IMG/VR virus record: IMGVR_UViG_3300017754_001603
Coordinates: 1-28,654 of that record
Reading direction: 5' to 3' (one strand)
From: a virus
Lineage: Duplodnaviria > Caudoviricetes
DNA: 28,654 bases
Positions 25,768 through 28,654 of the stretch are shown here, piece by piece (position 1 is the first letter of the stretch; every line of letters starts with the position of its first letter). Made by a program: the position numbers and the translations under genes. The notes under the pieces were generated by a model. The model saw only the letters and a list, made by a program, of their open reading frames with translations, was not told the origin of the DNA and searched no databases.

Positions 25768-26628
25768 ATGATTACACATACAATTAGAAAAGCATTAGAT
25801 ATAAAAGTGAGTGGAAGGAGTAGTGATTTTATTACTCCTTCTTTTATACATGGCTGTTTATATCAATGTGCTTATTGCTACATGAGAAGAAATAAACCTG
25901 AAGGTTTATCAATAGCTGATAATGTAGATGAAATATTAGCAGTTATAAACAATCATGCAAATACTGTACAGATAGAAAAACCTAATCAAACTCACTCTGA
26001 GTTAATTAGTTATGACTTTAGTTGCAATGAAGATTTTGCACTACATTTAAAGTATCATCAATGGGAAAAAATATTTGACTTTTTTAAGGATCATCCAAAA
26101 ATATTAGGTACTTTTGCAACTAAGTATGTAAACTACAAACTATTAGATTATAATCCTGAAAGAAAGATAAGAATAAGATTTTCTCTAATGCCACAAGAAT
26201 TGTCAGATAAATTAGAACCCAATACTTCTAGCATCATAGAAAGAATACAAGCTATTAACTTATTTTATCAAGCAGGTTACGATGTGCATGTCAATTTTAG
26301 TCCTATTATTATATTACCTGGCACTAAAAAATATTATCAAGAGTTATTTAGACAAGTAAATGACTTAGTAAATGATGATATTAAACCTAATGTGTTAGCA
26401 GAATGTATAATGCTTACACATAATAGTGGTATGCACGAATATAATTTGGTAAATAATCCTGAAGCAGAAAAATTATTATGGGTTCCTGAATTTCAAGAGA
26501 ATAAAATATCATCTTATGGTTCTAAAAACATAAGATATAAGTGGCAATTAAAGAATAAATATATTCAGGATTTTGTTAAATTGCATGATGAAATAATACC
26601 TTGGAATACAATAAGATATATTTTCTGA
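25768..26628 (+). CDS. splB: Spore photoproduct lyase family radical SAM protein
   Basis: GCLYQCAYCY (CxxxCxxC); YDFSCNED (equivalent of the H-donor Cys); FATK, RIRFSL, NFSPII, RYK, YIF C-terminus. Confidence 0.88.
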   Translation: MITHTIRKALDIKVSGRSSDFITPSFIHGCLYQCAYCYMRRNKPEGLSIADNVDEILAVINNHANTVQIEKPNQTHSELISYDFSCNEDFALHLKYHQWEKIFDFFKDHPKILGTFATKYVNYKLLDYNPERKIRIRFSLMPQELSDKLEPNTSSIIERIQAINLFYQAGYDVHVNFSPIIILPGTKKYYQELFRQVNDLVNDDIKPNVLAECIMLTHNSGMHEYNLVNNPEAEKLLWVPEFQENKISSYGSKNIRYKWQLKNKYIQDFVKLHDEIIPWNTIRYIF

Positions 26629-26629
26629 C

Positions 26630-26679
26630 AAGTTATAGATTTACAAATAACATTAAAAAGTAAAGTTATATATTTACAA
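26630..26679 (+). repeat. 17-bp direct repeat AAGTTATA(G/T)ATTTACAA, two copies
   Basis: Copies at 26630-26646 and 26663-26679, one mismatch. Confidence 0.7.
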
Positions 26680-26683
26680 TTAA

Positions 26684-26827
26684 AGTCCTGTGGCGGAATT
26701 GGTAGACGCATTGCAATAACTTACAAGTAAACTACCACCATAAATCTAAAGTAGGTTGTACAGAAACGCTTTAGTGAGGGTAAGTTGATAAAAGGTTTAC
26801 ATACAGGTTCAAATCCTGTCAGGATTA
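26684..26827 (+). tRNA. tRNA-Leu-like RNA, 144 nt, with an expanded non-canonical anticodon/variable region
   Basis: Acceptor AGTCCTG/CAGGATT plus A73; D-arm TGGCGGAATTGGTAGACGC; T-arm ACAGG-TTCAAAT-CCTGT; 92 nt lie between the D and T arms. Confidence 0.7.
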
Positions 26828-26852
26828 TTTTAAAATTTTAAAACACAATAAC

Positions 26853-27059
26853 ATGGATGATAAAACAATAAGAATAACTTTTACTGAATATGGTTATTCC
26901 TGTGGAGATGGATGTTGTTACAATTCTGGAGTTATTACAAAGATTAATGGAGTTGAATTATCAAATCAAAATGAAGATACTGAAACTATTGTAAAACAAG
27001 TATTAGAACACTTAGGATATACAGTAGAAGTAGATTATTTTTATGATTTACAAGAATAA
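26853..27059 (+). CDS. Small protein with CGDGCC motif
   Basis: ORF track; AAACACAATAAC leader. Confidence 0.7.
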   Translation: MDDKTIRITFTEYGYSCGDGCCYNSGVITKINGVELSNQNEDTETIVKQVLEHLGYTVEVDYFYDLQE

Positions 27060-27060
27060 A

Positions 27061-27090
27061 TGTCCAGTTTTTTATTCAATAAACTGGACA
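27061..27090. terminator. Perfect 10-bp inverted repeat
   Basis: TGTCCAGTTT-N10-AAACTGGACA; no T tract on plus strand. Confidence 0.45.
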
Positions 27091-27180
27091 AAATAATCAT
27101 ATATTAACTTGATATTTAATATTATACAACTAACCACCTATTAAGTAAAATGTATATAGGTGAAAATTAAACACAATAAC

Positions 27181-27408
27181 ATGAAACAAACAGCAGTAGA
27201 ATGGCTATACGAAAGAATGGAAAGAATGATTCCAAGAAGCGCGTTATACAATATTGATAAGATACAATATTTTGAACAAGCCAAAGAAATGGAAAAGGAA
27301 CAGATGTGGCATTATATTAAAATGAATTATGTAAATGGTGACAATAGTTTTGAATACCATAGAAAAGAATTTCAACAATATTATCAAGAAACATATAAAT
27401 CAAAATAA
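27181..27408 (+). CDS. Small phage protein of the MKQTAVEWL...AKEMEKEQ type (start 27181)
   Basis: Same AAACACAATAAC leader as the gene at 26853. Confidence 0.75.
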   Translation: MKQTAVEWLYERMERMIPRSALYNIDKIQYFEQAKEMEKEQMWHYIKMNYVNGDNSFEYHRKEFQQYYQETYKSK

Positions 27409-27618
27409 ATGGCAGATATAACTAAATGTGAAGGAAAAGGTTGTCCTATTAAAGAACAATGTTATAGGTTTACTGCTATAAGTTCTGATGATAGGCAATC
27501 TTATTTTGTTGAACCTCCATTTGAATTAAATAATAATAAATTTAATTGTAAAATGTATTGGGGAGAAAATCAAGAAAATATTTTTAACCAATTAAAAGAT
27601 ATAACAAATGAAAGCTAA
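27409..27618 (+). CDS. Small Cys-rich protein
   Basis: C-x4-CP-x4-CYR...C..YW. Confidence 0.75.
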   Translation: MADITKCEGKGCPIKEQCYRFTAISSDDRQSYFVEPPFELNNNKFNCKMYWGENQENIFNQLKDITNES

Positions 27619-27844
27619 ATTAGAATTTGACTTAGATGATCCTGAAAGAGATGATACTATGAATTTCAAAATGGCTGTTAAAGCTAATGACTATTATTGG
27701 GCATTATATGATTTTAGGAATGCAAGAAAGTCTTTAGAGTGGATGTTAGATGGTAGAGATATAGATAAATATGAAGTTTTAGAAGAAGTATTTAAAAAGT
27801 TTTATGAAATCATAGAAGATCATAATATATCATTTGAACATTAA
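27608..27844 (+). CDS. Hypothetical protein
   Basis: ORF track. Confidence 0.7.
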   Translation: MKAKLEFDLDDPERDDTMNFKMAVKANDYYWALYDFRNARKSLEWMLDGRDIDKYEVLEEVFKKFYEIIEDHNISFEH

Positions 27845-27855
27845 AAAATAAAAAC

Positions 27856-28654
27856 ATGATAGAAGCAAAAGTAATTGCAGATAGTATTTCTCCACAAGGA
27901 GATAGATTAACTACTTTTATACTTACATTTCCAAGAATAATATTAGCTGAGTTTAATACTCATAGAATGTTTTCTAGAAATAGTGCAAGTAGTAGAGCAA
28001 TACCATTTGAAAAAATGGTTAAGTCAGTACAAGATAATCCATTTATACCTATTGCATGGCAAAAAGACCATAAAGGTATGCAGGGAACTGAATATTTTAC
28101 AGATAATCAAGATATTCAAAGACTTGAAGATTTATGGATATTACAAAGTAGAGAAGCTATAAAATCAGCTCAATCTTTAAATAATTTAAAAACAACCAAA
28201 CAACTTTGTAATAGATTACTTGAACCATTTATGTGGCATACAGTAATTATGACATCAGGAAAAGAAGGATTAGAAAACTTTTTTGATTTAAGATGTCCTC
28301 AATATGATGCTTCTTTACATAGTGTTTTTCAACACAATGATAATCTAAGTAGATTATATAGAAGTAAAAAAGATATGATAAAACATTTTGAAAGTAGTAG
28401 TAATAGATCTAATTTAAAATGGTTAGAAATTAATAAAGGTCAATCTGAAATACATATAATGGCATTAGCAGAAAATATGTGGGATGTTTATAATGAATCT
28501 ATTCCTAAACAATTACAAGCTGGTAAATGGCATATTCCTTTTGGTGATAACATTAATACTTTTGATTTTACTAATTTTAAAATGAAATTATGGGAAAATA
28601 AACAAGCTCCTACTAATGGACATAATGATTTGATAGTTAAAATATCAACAGCAA
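27856..28654 (+). CDS. thyX: FAD-dependent thymidylate synthase (runs off window)
   Basis: Manual translation: MIEAKVIADSISPQGDRLTTFILTFPRIILAEFNTHRMFSRNSASSRAIP...KQLCNRLLEPF...NFFDLR; THR-x7-S ThyX motif. Confidence 0.88.
   Translation, partial: MIEAKVIADSISPQGDRLTTFILTFPRIILAEFNTHRMFSRNSASSRAIPFEKMVKSVQDNPFIPIAWQKDHKGMQGTEYFTDNQDIQRLEDLWILQSREAIKSAQSLNNLKTTKQLCNRLLEPFMWHTVIMTSGKEGLENFFDLRCPQYDASLHSVFQHNDNLSRLYRSKKDMIKHFESSSNRSNLKWLEINKGQSEIHIMALAENMWDVYNESIPKQLQAGKWHIPFGDNINTFDFTNFKMKLWENKQAPTNGHNDLIVKISTA

Noticed and set aside
26684-26827. tmRNA or group I intron-containing tRNA
   Set aside because: A true D-stem is present, the acceptor lacks the G3:U70 alanine identity, and the insert is far too short for either.
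1-28654. Stop-codon reassignment (TAG or TGA), as in some crAss-like phages
   Set aside because: Long genes are intact in the standard code, and both TAG (e.g. 23687) and TGA (e.g. 11968, 13004) end genes right next to the following start.

Overview
AT-rich, gene-dense fragment of a tailed dsDNA phage of the Crassvirales (crAss-like) type. The host is probably an environmental Bacteroidota: no Shine-Dalgarno leaders, a TAnnTTTG promoter element, and DUF1573 and SPOR-like genes. The standard genetic code appears to be used. Bases 1-5375 (minus strand) hold a packaging/lysis block: terminase large subunit (truncated), a Dps/ferritin-like protein, a crAss-conserved protein, an amidase endolysin, DUF1573, an HU/IHF-like protein and an HTH protein. 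After a divergent switch near 5400-5640 all genes are on the plus strand. First come small early-type ORF cassettes, a repeated CCACCCA-N6-GTTWTGATAT motif and a ~400-nt highly base-paired non-coding region. A replication module follows (PolB, SF2 helicase, DnaB-like helicase, AAA ATPase, SSB, primase). Next is an apparently complete phage-encoded ubiquitin-like conjugation operon (Ubl precursor with G75-G76, E2-like, JAB/JAMM protease, ThiF/E1). The right end has nucleases, a GH73 glucosaminidase, spore photoproduct lyase, a tRNA-Leu-like RNA with a ~60-nt insertion, and thyX (truncated). The strongest candidates for new biology are the Ubl-E2-JAB-E1 system, the large structured RNA and the expanded tRNA-like element. 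All calls are by eye from motifs; no searches were run.
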